Assembly: GCA_002633005.1 (NCBI GenBank) | Contig: NMRA01000384.1 | Coordinates: 287,504 to 351,503, forward strand | Direction of reading: 5' to 3' | DNA: 64,000 nucleotides | DNA from: Phoronis australis | Lineage: Eukaryota; Animalia; Phoronida | Shown: one piece after another, positions 26,504 to 41,500 of the stretch | Layout of the letters: the number at the start of each line of letters is the position of its first letter | Position numbering within the stretch: the first letter of the stretch is position 1 | Translations under genes and position numbers: made by a program | Notes under the pieces: model-generated | Told to the model about the DNA's origin: nothing | Database searches by the model: none | What the model saw: the letters and a program-made list of their open reading frames with translations, nothing else

Positions 26504-29500
26504 CTGTAGGTAAATAGAGCGGCATGCTAAGGACTGTGTGGCCTTGAAGTAACAGGGGAATGAAAAGTGTTCCCATTATGATTCTTGTAATGGTCAGTAG
26601 AGCAGGGAGTCTTAAGGCCCTTTCACACTAACTTAACTACGGTATGAATGGAGCGTCGACATAACCTGCGAAGTTAACTGAATAGTTCATACCAGCTTCG
26701 GTAGTCAACGGCACTGAAGTAAACGGTAGTTGACACAGTCGTTTTTTCTTTGGGCTAATACACCTACTATATTTCTCTGGCCTAATATGGAAAAATTATT
26801 TTGGACGCACAGACATACCAACTCCACCTGAGTTTGCATACCCTCAGATTTCGAACATGGACTAGTTCTGCATTTATTGACTACAGAACTTACGCTTCTT
26901 AGTTTGACTGAAGATGGTCTGTCTCTCTGTCCGGGAGTTCTGGTCAGTTCTCTGATGGCACTGAGGTCACTGTGCGAATTACTATTAGACAACACCTGGA
27001 TATAGAAGAGACAACATGCAAAAGATATTTTAAGCACACACATACAAGCCAGTCAAGCTCAGCCAAGTATAGACCCAATGCAAAACAAAGTGCCAAAAAT
27101 ATTATCTAACCCTCAATCTAAACCTTTCCCAGTGATTTTCAAGAAATGGAATTTCCTTAAATGATATGAATTTATAAAAAACANCCGCCTGAGTTTGCAT
27201 AACCTCAGATTTAGAACATGGACGAGTTCTGCATTTATTGACTACAGAACTTACGCTTCTTAGTTTGACTGAAGATGGTCTGTCTCTCTGTCCGGGAGTT
27301 CTGGTCAGTTCTCTGATGGCACTGAGGTCACTGTGCGAATTACTATTAGACAACACCTGGATATAGAAGAGACAACATGCAAAAGATATTTTAAGCACAC
27401 ACATACAAGCCAGTCAAGCTCAGCCAAGTATAGACCCAATGCAAAACAAAGTGCCAAAAATATTATCTAACCCTCAATCTAAACCTTTCCCAGTGATTTT
27501 CAAGAAATGGAATTTCCTTAAATGATATGAATTTATAAAAAACAAACATGAATATTTCTCCTGTAGAAGGCAATCATATGTCGGCAATATATTTCCATAT
27601 TTCAAATCTCTAATTGACCGCACACATTACTGATAAACACATCAATTGGGCACTGCCAAACATACCCAGCAATACACTTGAATATTCTGATTCCGATTGT
27701 AACGAGAGAACCTTATACCATATGTGAGAGGACAGAATCACTTCCTAGATCAAATTGGGACAAGGCAGGACTATTGTGTAAAGAGAAGGGCACAAGAGAC
27801 GGTCTTTGATCACACAGGGAGAGAGGTAGAAGTCTTGATGGAATATGATTGAAGGACAACACTTTGAGAGCTTGAGAGGGCGTACCTTTGCCCATATATG
27901 GGAAAGAGTGCAACTCACGTCCTCTAGGTTGTACAGCTTTCTCCTAAGACTATCCAGTGTCCCCTCTGACTGGACGCGGGCGGTCTGTATTGCCTCAACA
28001 TGCTTGGTGACCTGGTTACGAATCTGCATCTGAAAGTTGGGACAAGGAAGCATTCTAGGTGGTGTGAAGAGTGAAATTACATCAAGATGGAAAATTACCA
28101 TATTTACAAGGATTTCTGGTTGAAATCTTTTGAATTTCGCCAATTAATATAAAGCATCATAAAACCAGTCACTTTGAGTTTTATTCTTTTTGATGCCCAT
28201 AAAATTTGAAGTTCTCAAGAGTGTAATATACCAGTTTTAGCTGGTTTGCCGTGGCTACTTTAGATGCTTGCTATGTCAAACTCTCAACCAAATTGGTTGC
28301 CCCTTTTCTATGTCCAAAACCCAATAACTAGGCTGTTGTGATTGTCAACCCCAGTATTCCTTTACTGCTACAAACAAATTGATACTGTCCCGACTAAACC
28401 ACTCTGGAGTAAACTAACTGCTATAAGTAGGATTACATGTGATGTAAAAACATATCTATAGCCAGGCATGTGAAAACTTATCCAGAGTGTTCTTACATTG
28501 GAGGCATTTACAGCATTTGCCACTTGGATGGGCGGAGTTGCCACTTGGATGGACGGAGTTTCACAGATTCTTCATGAAAGGGAGCATGTTCTGTTTTTCC
28601 CAACGACAGATTTCACAAAGAACGGTCAATTTTTGCAAAAAAATAGCAGATTTCCCCATCTTATTTACTTTTTAGGGTTAAAAAGACTAAATTTCAAAAG
28701 GTTCTTCAGTAACCAACAAATAACCCTTTGTATTAAAGGGACAAAAGCCCCTGCAGAGAATTATGTCATGGAATTAAATCCTTAAAAAATCCTGACTTCC
28801 CAGTGGCACACTACCGTAAAAATTAAAGGAGAAACTCCGAGATCCTCAGGACATTTTCCTGACTAGTAGATCCTATCCAGTGAACACCAAAACGAGGTCT
28901 AAAACCCCCAACTTTACGTGTGTACCTTCAGCTGATCCTGCTCCTGAAGAATCTTGTTCCTGAGGGCTTCCTTCTTCCAGTCCTGGGGCTCAGTACTTGC
29001 TAGAACTGCTGGGGATGGTTCCGAGTGTGTCCTTATCTAGGGACAACGGGAAAGATTGCAAATGATAACTATTCTGTTATTGAGAAGGTTGTTATTCAGA
29101 TGGCATCACCGAAGAGAAGCTTAATTGAAAATAGACACAAAAATGGCGGCCCAGGCTGCACAGTGACAGTGTCAACCTACATCCTTTGAAAATACAACTG
29201 TTTCAGTTTTAAAAAAGTTGACATAGTTTGGCGAATTCACCTGACTTCCTCCAAATTATTATCGAAACCCAGTTACAAAACAAGCTGCAATTTTTGCTCA
29301 GAACTACGCTACAGACTCGGATAAACAAGAAGGAAATTTCTTTGATTTTATTGTGATTGCATTTCCAGTGACTAAAGTATCACATTTTAATCAATATTTA
29401 AAATGAACGAAAAAGGCCAGTGAAATCAAAAAGCAAAGTTGCTTCTGGTCTTTCTCCTTCTGAATAACAGTTTCAATGAAGAATATAATAAGCACTGGAG

Positions 29501-32500
29501 ATAATTATATGTTTGACTTACTCAATCATATAAAAAATTGCTTTTGGTCTTAACCAAACTCATTATGAGACTTCTGCTCACTGACAAAAAAAAACGTCCG
29601 CCCACATCAATTTCAGCCAATGTTTTTTTGCAAAAACTGTACAAAGGGACATAGGAAAGAGACAGCAAGGTGTGAAACATGATTCGTCAAGTGATGAGCA
29701 AAAAGAACAAAAACCAAATCTCGCATCATTTTTTCTCGTCTAAAGTGGACTTTCTTGTTCAAAAACGTGAGCTACTAAATCCGGCCACCAAACCAATTGT
29801 CAAGAAAAAAAACACAAACCAGAGTCAACTGTGCTTTTTTGACCAAACAATTACATAAAAAAACTTGCGCTCAATCACGAACATCTTGAGCAGGAATAGA
29901 AAAGCGCAGCATACATTTCAGGAAAACAAAGAATTAAAATACCATGTCAAGCTTCAACATACAATAACCTAAAACACCAAATTTCCAAAAGGCATTTTAC
30001 AAATTGATGAAAACCAATGTATGGACTTCCCAGCACCGTGAATGGACATTATAACTCATTGAGGAAAGCACCAACAAAAACAGCCAGATACAATAGATAG
30101 GTCAGAATTTTTCAAATGAGTTCTGCAACAGTTTTTGAACGCCACCTGGTGACTCAATGGCCATTCAAGGCTATTGAATGCCTGTATAGTGAATCTTCAA
30201 CACACCTATCTCTCCCACTTCACTCAACAGACCACTTACAGACATCATGTTTTCCTTAAGCTCCTCTAGGTGGCTCTGTAGTCTCTCCTTCTGCTGATGT
30301 AGATCCTCCACCTCTCCAAGAGTGTCCAGACGAGACCTGTCCAGTTCCTGAAACCCTTGCGCCACCTCCTGGAAAGGAAAGAAGTCGAGAGCTACGCTAC
30401 AGGACGTTATTTTACTGAGGAGTGCTGTGGGTGCATGTCAGCAGTATTGACATGATTTCCCACAATTCCTTGCTCATACGACTTCAAATTTTCTGTTGAA
30501 ACGTTTCCTAGTACGTAAATCATGGTTTCTTACTTGCCATTTAGGCTTGAACTTGGTGTTTACAACATAATTAACAATTATAACAACAGTAACTAAAGTA
30601 TCACGTATATCATAACTGAATTCATATGGTAATTATACTGAAGATGTCTCTGAACAACAATAAAAGCACACCATAGTCTTCCGTCGACAAATTAACTTTT
30701 CCCACGGGCCAATTATGTCACTGTAAAACTGGTCTCAACTTGATCCTTACTTAGAGCATAAATTCTGAACTGACAGTTTGTTAATGATTTGAAGCCATGT
30801 CCAGGTCATAACATGACCCGGGTCATATCATAACCCAAGTCACAACATGACTCAGGTCATAATATGACCCGTCGTATCAAACCAACTTAACTAAACAAGG
30901 CTGGTCACAAGGGATCACAAATTTTCATTACTTGCCAAGACCATAAATCACTTCAAATCTGAGTTGAACCCAGGTCTATAGTCAGTTATGTACTAGATAA
31001 TATTAGATCAGTCGAGCTAATTGAGATTAAACACAATCATGTGTGCGTGCATGTGTGCATGTCTGTGTGTGTGTGTGCGCTTGCGTGAGTGTAACAAATT
31101 GTATTTCAGTCTGTGGCTCTGTCCACTATCAAAGCACCGTACACTGAGTGCTGATATAAGCCAACAATATTTACAACTGTCTCCAACAGCTCGAAATTGT
31201 GAACTTTTTAAAACAACCAGTTAGCTCTGAGTGCCACTTTTGGCCAGTTTGAAGACATGGTGCAAAAAGGGAATTTCAGAATTATAGGTGCCACAATTGC
31301 TGCCACAATTATGGTGAGTCAGACTGCTTCAAATTAGGATTGTGTGAGACAGAAATGTAAATTATAATTATCACCCACGACAGATTTAGCGCTATGTTCA
31401 AAGAAGAAATAAACAAAACCATGTTGCATATTTCACTGATAAATTGCTTTTGAAGGCATACAATAAAAAGTCTCCAATTTGGGAGAGTGAAAAGTTAATT
31501 AGTTTGCCCAAGGTCAGAGCTTATTTTTAGAAATAGGCAATATTGACTGTCCCAAATTTAAGAATCACCAAAAATACAGCACATTCAAATGAAATACAAG
31601 TCTATTTTCATACTGCTGCAATACAAACGCTGTGTTTAAAATTTGAGAAATATGACCATGTCCCAATCTTCATAAGTTGTTTTCACAAATTACAACCCCC
31701 CAGATCTGCAGACAGCGTATTACCACATTCTTTGTGTTTCCAATGCAATTACTTAATAACCTATTATTGTGGAAATAATTACAGGTGCAGTACTTTCTAA
31801 CATATAGTTACATGCAAAATTAAGTGGAGCATGTCTTTATGAGCAGGCTCGACTTGCTGTTGGGGGGGGGGGGGTAAAGCAAAGCACCTCGCCTGACCTA
31901 CTCTTAGTGTATCAAGGTCAACTAGAATATCCGTGTCCCAAACAACTTGAAAGATAGTCCTAAATTGGAGAAGTTTTACAGCAAGTTTCTAGCACACACT
32001 GTTATTCAAGCAAGTCTCATTGAAGGCCAAACTAGTTTCCGCACTCTCAAGTTTCAGCAATTACCCACACATCCAGTCCCACAGTCTAATTCAAACAGGA
32101 GACGTCCAACCCTCATATATCACACCAAAAGAGGCAACTTTTTAAAACGATGACAGGCATTTAATCTCTGTACTTCAACCTTCCTTGGTCATCTAAGGAG
32201 TGACAAAAATGCGATGTCATTCAAGCTTATGATGCCCTCTGTGCTCGAAACAATTTCAAAATGAGCCATTGAACATTCTTTGTTCCCCGAAGGACATTCG
32301 CCATCAAATGAATTCAAAAGGCTTGTACTTGCCGGCAATGGTGACATGGCGTTAAATAGGGTCACTCTTACAACACAGTAAATTCTCGTCATATGGCAGA
32401 CAAGTGAATTAATTTCCATTTTTCAATAGTTATCAACCTTTTTGCAAAAATTCCCTCTATTTGCAAAAAGGTTGATAACTATTGAAAAATGGAAAAACGG

Positions 32501-35500
32501 ACATTTTGGCAATAATTATCTTTGAATGAAATGAAGTGAAGAACTACCACAACTCTTACTTTCTCAATATTTGTCTTCATCTTGTGCAGAGTTTGCTCCA
32601 ACTTTTCTTCTTTATCCATTATTTCATTCTGTGTCAGCAGCTGTAACATAGTGACCAGACACATTAGAAACTAGATATCTGAATTCATTTGACGAGTCCT
32701 TCAATTTGAATACTAGTTCTCCTTGAATTGAATTTCCTTTCAAAGTATGCTAGAACCAGCTCTATTACGAGAAAGGAACAGCTGGCAAACAGTTCTGCGC
32801 ACTAGTAAGAGGTCTAAACCAAATGTTGACTTCTTTGGATGGTTTGCAGAAGCTTTAAAGCACTTAGGAATCAACAAGTGGCTCCATCTTTTGACTGGTA
32901 ACAGAACAAGCCAATGGCCATTCGAAAGGAAATTCTAATTCACAGAATGCTCAACATAAAAGTAGTTTCACAGTCACAGGCAAATTTAATCTAGGTTACA
33001 TAAACTTCTTATGAAAACCTACAATTAAGTTAAAACCTTCATGGTTGAGACAACAGAAAGTAAAACTTCAAAAGGACACAACAATGTTCTACTTTTAATG
33101 TGTAGGTGCGACTAGTTTGCCGGCACTTGTGACATGCTTAAATGGCTTGTGACCTGTTTCATAATATAGCAACCAGTTTGGAAATACAAGTTGCCATCAT
33201 TAACACTGTGAGTGTGGCCTTAAATTTGGCTTAGCAACAACTAGACATGGCTCAATGAAAGTGGACGTCTTGAAACAATGGGAAGTGAGTGGACAAGGTA
33301 ATTAAGGTACACTTCAGAGAAGGTTAGCTGTCTTGTACTTCTAACACAATTGGGTTTTCAGTTGTGTAGAACACTGGACACATAGCCATACACTGTGTTA
33401 TTGACATGTGTCAATCTTGCCTGGTTTTTCGCGTCCATGTACTCCTGTTGTAATGTCTGCAGTTCATCGCTAAGGCGGTTGGCACGGCGACAGTGTTGCT
33501 GAGCGATGGATTCTAAGTCTTCTATTTCGGAGTTGGAACGCTGACGAACATCCTTTAGTTCCTAGAATATGAATCGGTAAATAAAACAAGAATGGATCAA
33601 CTGAAATTTGAAATTTTCGGATGTAACAACTTCCTTTAGCAACAAAAACAGAAATAAAGTAAAATCAAACACAAAATGACAATTGACATATAAGATATGG
33701 TGTAATGAAAATGATACATTTTTGCGTAAAAAATTCAATGACATATTTTAAGAAGTTTTTATGTTCAATCCATGAGGTTCTATTGTATTCAGTTTGTCTA
33801 TCCAATATTGTTCTCTTTTAAGTCTGTGAGGGGTACTGGGGTGTTGGAGTTTTTCTATTATTTGTACAGAAAGATCTTGAATATTATGGTTTTTGGAATT
33901 GAAATGATTACCTACAGTATCAGAAATGTTTTTATGTATTATGTTAAATCTATGATTACGAAACCGAGTTTGTAGATTATGTTGAGTTTGTCCTACGTAT
34001 TGGATAGAACATTTTTTACAAGTTATAAGGTAAATAATATTGTTGGTGGTGCAATCAGAATAATGTTTTATTTCAAAGTTTTCATTGGTTTGGGAAGACT
34101 GGAAAAAAGTGCTATCGTTGATGAAGTTACACATTTTACACCTAGTTTTGTTACATTGTGTGTTGCCAATAGGTTTGTCAGTTTGGTGTATATTGTCGAT
34201 ATTAGCTTTAACTAAATAATTTTTTAGATTTTTACATTTTCTCCAAGAAATTATAGGGGGATGAGGAAATAGGTTTTTCATTTGAGGGGAAATATGCAGT
34301 GTAGAAAGATGTTTTTTGAAGACGTGGCTAATTCCGTTTAAACATGGATTGAACATAGTTATGAAAGGTATTCTATTAGTAGTATTGCCTTTAGTTTTAG
34401 TTCTTAAAGATTCATTTCGAGTAATTGAGCGGACTTTGTCAAACTGTTTGTGTATAAGATGTAAAGGGAAATGACGTTGAATTAGATAGCACTTGAGTTC
34501 TTTTAAACGGTTATTAAAGGAAGTTTCTTCTGAACAAATGCGTCGAATTCTTAGGGCAAGGCTATATGGAAGGCTTTTCTTGCAATGAAAGGGATGACAC
34601 GAGTGATATGACAGATACTGGTGTTTGTCAGTTTCTTTACAGAATAAGTCAGTTTCTAGTTTATCATTATTAACTTGAAGAGTGATAGTTACATCTAAAA
34701 ATGAGACTTTATTTTGAGAAATGCCATGAGTGAACTTTATAGTAGGGTGAAATTTGTTAATATTTTCTAAAAATACATCTAATTTTTGTGGACCATGGGT
34801 CCACATCATAAAAATGTCATCAATGTATGTTGGCCAGAGAAGGGTTTTTTCAGAGCAGGATTTGATGAAGCTGTTTTCAAGATTTCCCATAAAGAGGTTA
34901 GCAAAAGTAGGAGCAACCCTAGTTCCCATGGCTGTGCATAATATTTGGAGATAGTGATTATTATTAAAGAATATGATAAAGGAAAACATTGTTAGTGTCA
35001 TCACTCAAAAAATATGTTCAAATGCATAATGTTATATTGTCGCAATGGACCCTCTTGAGTTGGCAGGCATGCAACTTCGGAGGGTCAGAAAACACAAGTC
35101 CTTCTGCTCAATTACACTTTACTGTACTTTAATCTGACAGTGTTAAGATCAGAGTTGCCTGAAGAATTAAGATGTTTGAATTCACTTTCCGCCCGTTTTA
35201 TGGACGGAAACAGACCCAGAGATAATAGTGTGCTCAGCATAATATTATACTCTCTGAAGCTCCTAAGTTCGCATCACAGACAAAATACTGCTATAGAACC
35301 ACACAACAAAAACTCAAGGAACGTTTTTAATGTAATATTTACAATGAGGGTTGCCCCATCAGTTCACACTGCTTTCCATGGGGGACCTTGACTTACAAAA
35401 GTCACTCATAATCTCAATGTTGATGTGCTAGCAGTGAAAGGCATTCTGTTCGGTTAGGAATGTTGAATGCGCGACGCAGTGCGAGAACGCGGTCCAAGGA

Positions 35501-38500
35501 TAATACTAGTCTGAAGGAGGATAATAGTTTTGTTACATACTCTTCTACTGATACTACTGAGTCTGTTACAATCCATGCGATCATACACTTATATAGTGAC
35601 ATACATGAATCATAACAGGATATACTGAACAAACATGTTTACTACAATTCCTCATGTTGGGGTTGTATTACATAATACTTAATTCTCTGAACTACTCCTA
35701 CTAATGCACTCATCCTAAATGACTCCGATATGAGATCATACTCTAACACTCAAACATAAGATAGAATGCACCTATTTCCTTACAATGAACAAAACATCAT
35801 TTACCCAAGTCTCAAATCTTGATATAAGCTTTTTTCATGTAACACATGGCACGTCAGTTTGAACTAATATTTTGTCAGTTTGTTTTAAGAATTCTAACTG
35901 TCATACCAAGGTAGTCTTCAATATCATCTTGGAAGACATGAAAAAAATGAAATGGAATCGACAAACGGCCACTCAGTTACAGAGACCCAGCTGGAAGGTA
36001 TGTCTTTCAGGGCCAAAGTTACCCATTTCAACCTGTACCCCTTTCATCAGGATGTTATAACCAGTTTTAATGCTGAAAACCAGTTTGTGTGTGGTCTTTA
36101 GCTATAAGGAATCAATAATCTGAAGGCTACCGTACCGTAATTTGTTTTAGAAGTGCAAATTTTACCATGATTTTGACCTGTGACATCCAACACTGGGCAA
36201 TACTCCATTGAGCATTAAAAACTTGGGGTACAAGAAGGCGAAAGGGGAAATTTAGGAACTACTGGTAAGTGCAACAACAGCAGTCGTTTTAAAAATGAAT
36301 TGGATAAACTTCAAGGAATACTTTTAGTCTTAACTATTCTGCCAAATTTTAACATGCTTTATGCCATAGATATTTAGCAACTAAGCAGAACTTTTGATGC
36401 AAAAAGAAAAGTAATTGAAGACAACACTCTTATTGCCATACACACGATACAGTCTTGCAACATCTGTGCTTCCAGGAACTACTTTCCGCATTTCAAATGT
36501 AGTGCATTCTCATATGAAATGAGATTTCTAGGGTCTCAGTTGTTTTGCTCACTTCACTTATATGTGAGTGCAGTAGAGAGGGAATAGCATTTCCCACTGA
36601 AAATTGGACAATATGACCAGGCATTACTGCAGTTAACTGCAGCAAACTTGAAGGCATTTAACACTTTCCATTTAAAAAGGTAATTTCCACTCGTTCCCTT
36701 TCTGTGCCTGAAAAGTTGTACAAATTTTCTGCGCCTGGATTTCCATCATTTTGGCTTAAAAATTGATATGTTCCATTGCATTTCAGCCCTCTGTTGTATC
36801 ATGCGCAGAAATTTCAGCGCAGAAATTTTTGCGCTACAGTTCTGCGTAGACATTTCTACGCATGATACAAAATAGGGCTGAAATACAATAATGGAATATA
36901 TCAATTTTTAAGCCAAAATGATGGACATCCAGGTGCAGAAAAATTCTGCAACATTTCAAGCACAAAAAGGGATTGAGTGAAAATTCCCTTTAGTTCTTAA
37001 AATGGAAAGTGTTAAAAATTTTAGGCTCTCCAAAGAAGTGTCACTTCTAAACTGGCATTACTCGTCACAAAATGCAAAACAGCAACTTGTCGCATGATGA
37101 GTTTGATGATCGACCAATCATGAATCCGGTTACATTTGGAACAAGCAGAACTTGAAGGAAACAGTCCGGATGACCTTACTAGCAGAAAATTGTCTCGTTC
37201 CCGTAAAGCCAATGGATCTGGGTGCAAGCAACTGAAAGTTACTGCAAGAGAGAACGATCTTCAACAGGACTGCATCACGCAGTTTGATGTCAAGAAAATC
37301 ATTGCTCTGCAGATGTCAGTGAAGGATATGGATGGGGATGAGTCAAATGAATGTAATTTATTTTCAAAATTGATAGTAACGTAGAATTTTGAATTATTGT
37401 GAACAAGAGTCAGCCACAAATAATTATATAATGTAATCGACAGGACTTTATTTTTTGACTTTGCCAAATTACACTAAAACTATCTTGTTCTACTTGAGGT
37501 AATCCTTTCTCCCACAAGTGGACCGATTCTGTTTACATTACCTGGGAAATTTATTGACCCAGTCACAGTAGCCCAACATGAATATGATTCATTTTTGGGA
37601 GAGACTTCCATGAAAATGAAGACCTTCGGTCATGCTAGAGACAGAGTTAGTTATCCAAAGCAGTATAAGCCAATTTAGTCAAACCAATTTAACTGAAACA
37701 CTGCAATTTGTAGTTGTTTGTTAAATTGTGAATTGATGGACTTACTTTATGCCAGTGTTTTTCTCATGTCATTTGGTGTTTTTATTTCGTTTTCAGATCT
37801 AACATTTGCATACAAATCCCCTGAAAACCCTGATTCGAATAGTCATTAAACTTCAATGACAGCCACCTTGAATTAATCACCACGACAATGTGTAATAATT
37901 TTATACTTTATGCCTTCAACAGTTCCTCATTCTTGGTGAGAATAACATGCCTATGAATTATTGTACCAACTGGCAATTAGTTTCATTTAAAGTGTAATTT
38001 GCAAGGTCCAAGTATGTTAAATTGCAATAATATCTTCAAGGTATTGCTATTAGGATGTATTTTATTCAAATCATCGTATCATAGTATCTTTAGTTATTTT
38101 AAAAAAAGCGAAAACAAGAAAATGCGCGAAAAGTTGAGCTTTGACACCATGACATGGTGTTGGGGAATACAAACCAGATCATATCCCACAATGCAGTTCA
38201 CTGCTATTATATCACAGTACACGAAGAACCGTTCAACCTTGGCGTGTTTTAGCCATGGTGCAACGGTGTGTGTGTGCTAACTATGTAACACCACCCAGGT
38301 GGAAGGCATGAGCCCATTTAAATTCTAAAAAGACAAGCATCTGGCTGCGTAATGGCAGGTTTTCGTGTGCTCTGCTCGTCTTTTGATGTCGGAGCCTAAA
38401 TATGCTCCTACCATTTTGAGGACGGCTACTTTGACGACAAACACATCATGAAGGTTGAAGCTGGTCTTATAAAAAGGGAAGTCACCTTGAGAATTTTGAT

Positions 38501-41500
38501 GTCTAATAATTCATGACGCTTTCGAAGTGCCTGAACAATAACAATCTTTTTTCACACTCACCGTAGTTCTCAAGTGTTTAAAATTTGTTGTTTAAAATCT
38601 AGTTTTGGCATTTGCTTGAAGGTTATAAAAGAAGACGAAAACTTACAATTAGATATCATCGTGTTTTACTTTAATCATGGACAACTCTGGATTCAAAATG
38701 TTTTTTTTTTTACTTTTGAATTGCCGCTGTTGTGCTTTTCAGAGTATGCAAATGAAAGGAGAACACCTTCCACTTAGTGCGGAACAAAAGAGAAGCTGGA
38801 GATCTTGAAATTTGCTTAGAAATTGACGCCCCTCCAATGCCGACTGATGGTGCTCCAGATGTGTTCAAGGAGGATGCCGTGGCACAGATAAATTCAGACT
38901 TGGTGCTTTGTCAATGGACAGGCAGCACTGGAATTTCTTTCCATCACATATTTAACAGTCACTATCAATGTTCTACATCAAATTTTGATAGTGGTACAGA
39001 TAGCAATGCCAGAGTGTTTATAATACCAGTAGTGGAAATTGTGAAAAGCTTTTGTGTGTGGTATTTGGCTGTCCCATTTGTATAGATAAACCCAGTGATA
39101 GACTATGTTCTTATATTGAAACTAGTGGCAGATTTAGAGGGGGCCATGCCCCCCCCTAAAAATCTCCCAGATTCCATTTGACTGTTTGGGGGTGCGAATG
39201 TATGACGGGCAAAATCCTGGCTAATACCGTGCCCTGGCCCCCCTAACTCAAAATCCTGGATCCGCACCTGGAAACATTTCAATGGTTCTTCAATACAATG
39301 ACTATAAATATTGCGGCATAGCTTTTTTAAGTATATTTGATTTGCACTAAACTGTTGCTGTCCCATACAGTGGGTCAGTAAAGGAAGACTTTCTTAAGTG
39401 GGGGTGAAAAGGTACTTGTTTGGGTCGTCAGTCTTTTCATGCGACAATCTCATCTAAATTGTACACAGAATAATCACTTGCACAGAATTCGAACATTGTC
39501 TTGGGAATTTTTGAGTGAGTGGTATAAGCACTCCCTCCAGATTTCCCAATTCCTACTCATGTGCATACTTTTTTGTGTTTTCACACCATGTCATAGACAT
39601 CTAAAGCTATTACATACTGGAGCTTTTGGGTTGAGATTCAGTGGTTGCTGTGTCGTGTTATTTGATTTCTCATTGAATTACAGTAGAACTCACTAAGTTG
39701 TATCCAGTGAGACTGAGATATTTCATCAAAGTTAGAGTTATTTGGAGGCGTTACTGCGGAATTAATGCTAACCTTTCTAAAGTTCCCACTGAAGTGCTAC
39801 CAATTTAGAGAGTTCTACTGTATAAGAAGAGGGCAGAAGATTCAGTCTCGACTTCAGACTATGGCCCAGATTCAAAACTTTTAATTTTTTATNACACAAA
39901 CTGGGCTCCAATGAGACAAATTCCTTTGTTTACCTAGGTAAACCATAAGTTCAACTGATGTTGAGTTTAGAGGTTTATAATGTGGCCCTAGTTAAATTAC
40001 ACTTGTCATGATCATGTTATCATAACTAACCAGATTGATGAGCATCAATAAATGCTGCTCGCTGTGTTAATTATTTACCATTCTGAAACCACAGAAGTCT
40101 ATTCATGGAATGCCTACTTCAATTTCATGCCGCTGAGGTTGCACTGCGATTGCATTCGTTCATTACGATGTTTGATCTTTCTATGGAATTTGTCACTACA
40201 ACTTTTTGCAACTCGTTTGAATTACACATTTTTATAACAGAATACATAGGTCATGTGGAGGAGTTGGCATTCCAGGGCACAGACAACTGTTGATATCTAT
40301 AAATGGGTGAAACTTCTAAGAAAATCCTTGGAGCTCAAAGTCTTCCTCATTTCCTGGCGGAGGGTAGAAAGCTCTGATGCAGGCTACTGCGCATGCTGGA
40401 ATAACAACACGGACTGTTCGTCCTAAGTGACCGTGTACCCATCTTTGGAACTGTCTGTAGGCCACATGTCAAATCCTTTTATCCAAGGGTCTGTCATAGT
40501 CATCAGGATATTGGCTTTTGTACTACAACCATGAAGTCTCCAAAACACCACGATTGATGTATACAGGTTTAAACCCCCATGCTCCACAATACATTTTTTC
40601 TTCTGTGTTAGTTGTCACGCTTCATTTCCTCATCAAGTTTTGCAACAACCTTGTCAACCTCTTGGCAACATACTCTTTCTTCAACAACTGAGATTGTCTG
40701 ACAGTTGCCCCAGGTGCACCTGCAAGATGTGTCAACAATATTACATTATTTCAGTAAACATCAAAATTTCGAATTGAAAAATTTACCAAGAGTGTCTCTA
40801 CCAAATTGAGGGGTCCGCATACGACTTCAGTTTTCAGGAAAATTGGTTGGAACGTCACAACCTATTTATTTTTTGTACAAATTGATCATATATAGTAAAG
40901 ATATTTACTTTTCATACAAATGAATAGTGCTACACCCAAGGCAGTGGTAGATCATGCCCAGGGGATATAGTAATGGACATTAGTTGTTTGATTTTTTAGC
41001 TGACCCTAAGACAAAAGGTTCATTGATGGAGGGGACTGTTTTGCATGTAGTCGTGAGACCTGTTCTCCCAATCTGAATCCTATCGGCACCCACATACCAT
41101 TAATCAAACTAGACAATGACAATGGGACAAACCAACTTAATAAGCAGTGTTGCCACTCAAAGGGTCGCCCATATTTTAAATATTACAGTATACATTAAAA
41201 CTTCTTGATATGCTATATGGGCAATCACCAATCCAATGGTATGCTCTCTTTATTCTAAAGAAACTTTACCAGGCGGTTCCTACCCAAGTCGACTCGTAAC
41301 CAAGCCATGTACCATATTTCATTTATAAATAATGGCAACATTGGGTCAATGTACATGGACATGAAATGGTTGTTTCCATTTCAAGCATCGCCTTACAAAA
41401 TAAAACTGTTTTGGAACACATGTGTAGATTGACATAGGTCCGAGTTGACTTGAGTACGAAAATGAAATGACTTGTTCTATAACCTATAGAATTATGCCTT

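Noticed and set aside
37136-37384. 82-aa ORF between the fold-back MITE and the Kolobok
   Set aside because: Non-ATG start and no recognisable motif or splice context.
40593-40719. Candidate centriolin exon (good acceptor, E/K-rich)
   Set aside because: It has a stop in phase 0; it reads as the Cys-rich KolX/ballast exon in another phase and lies inside the Kolobok TIRs.
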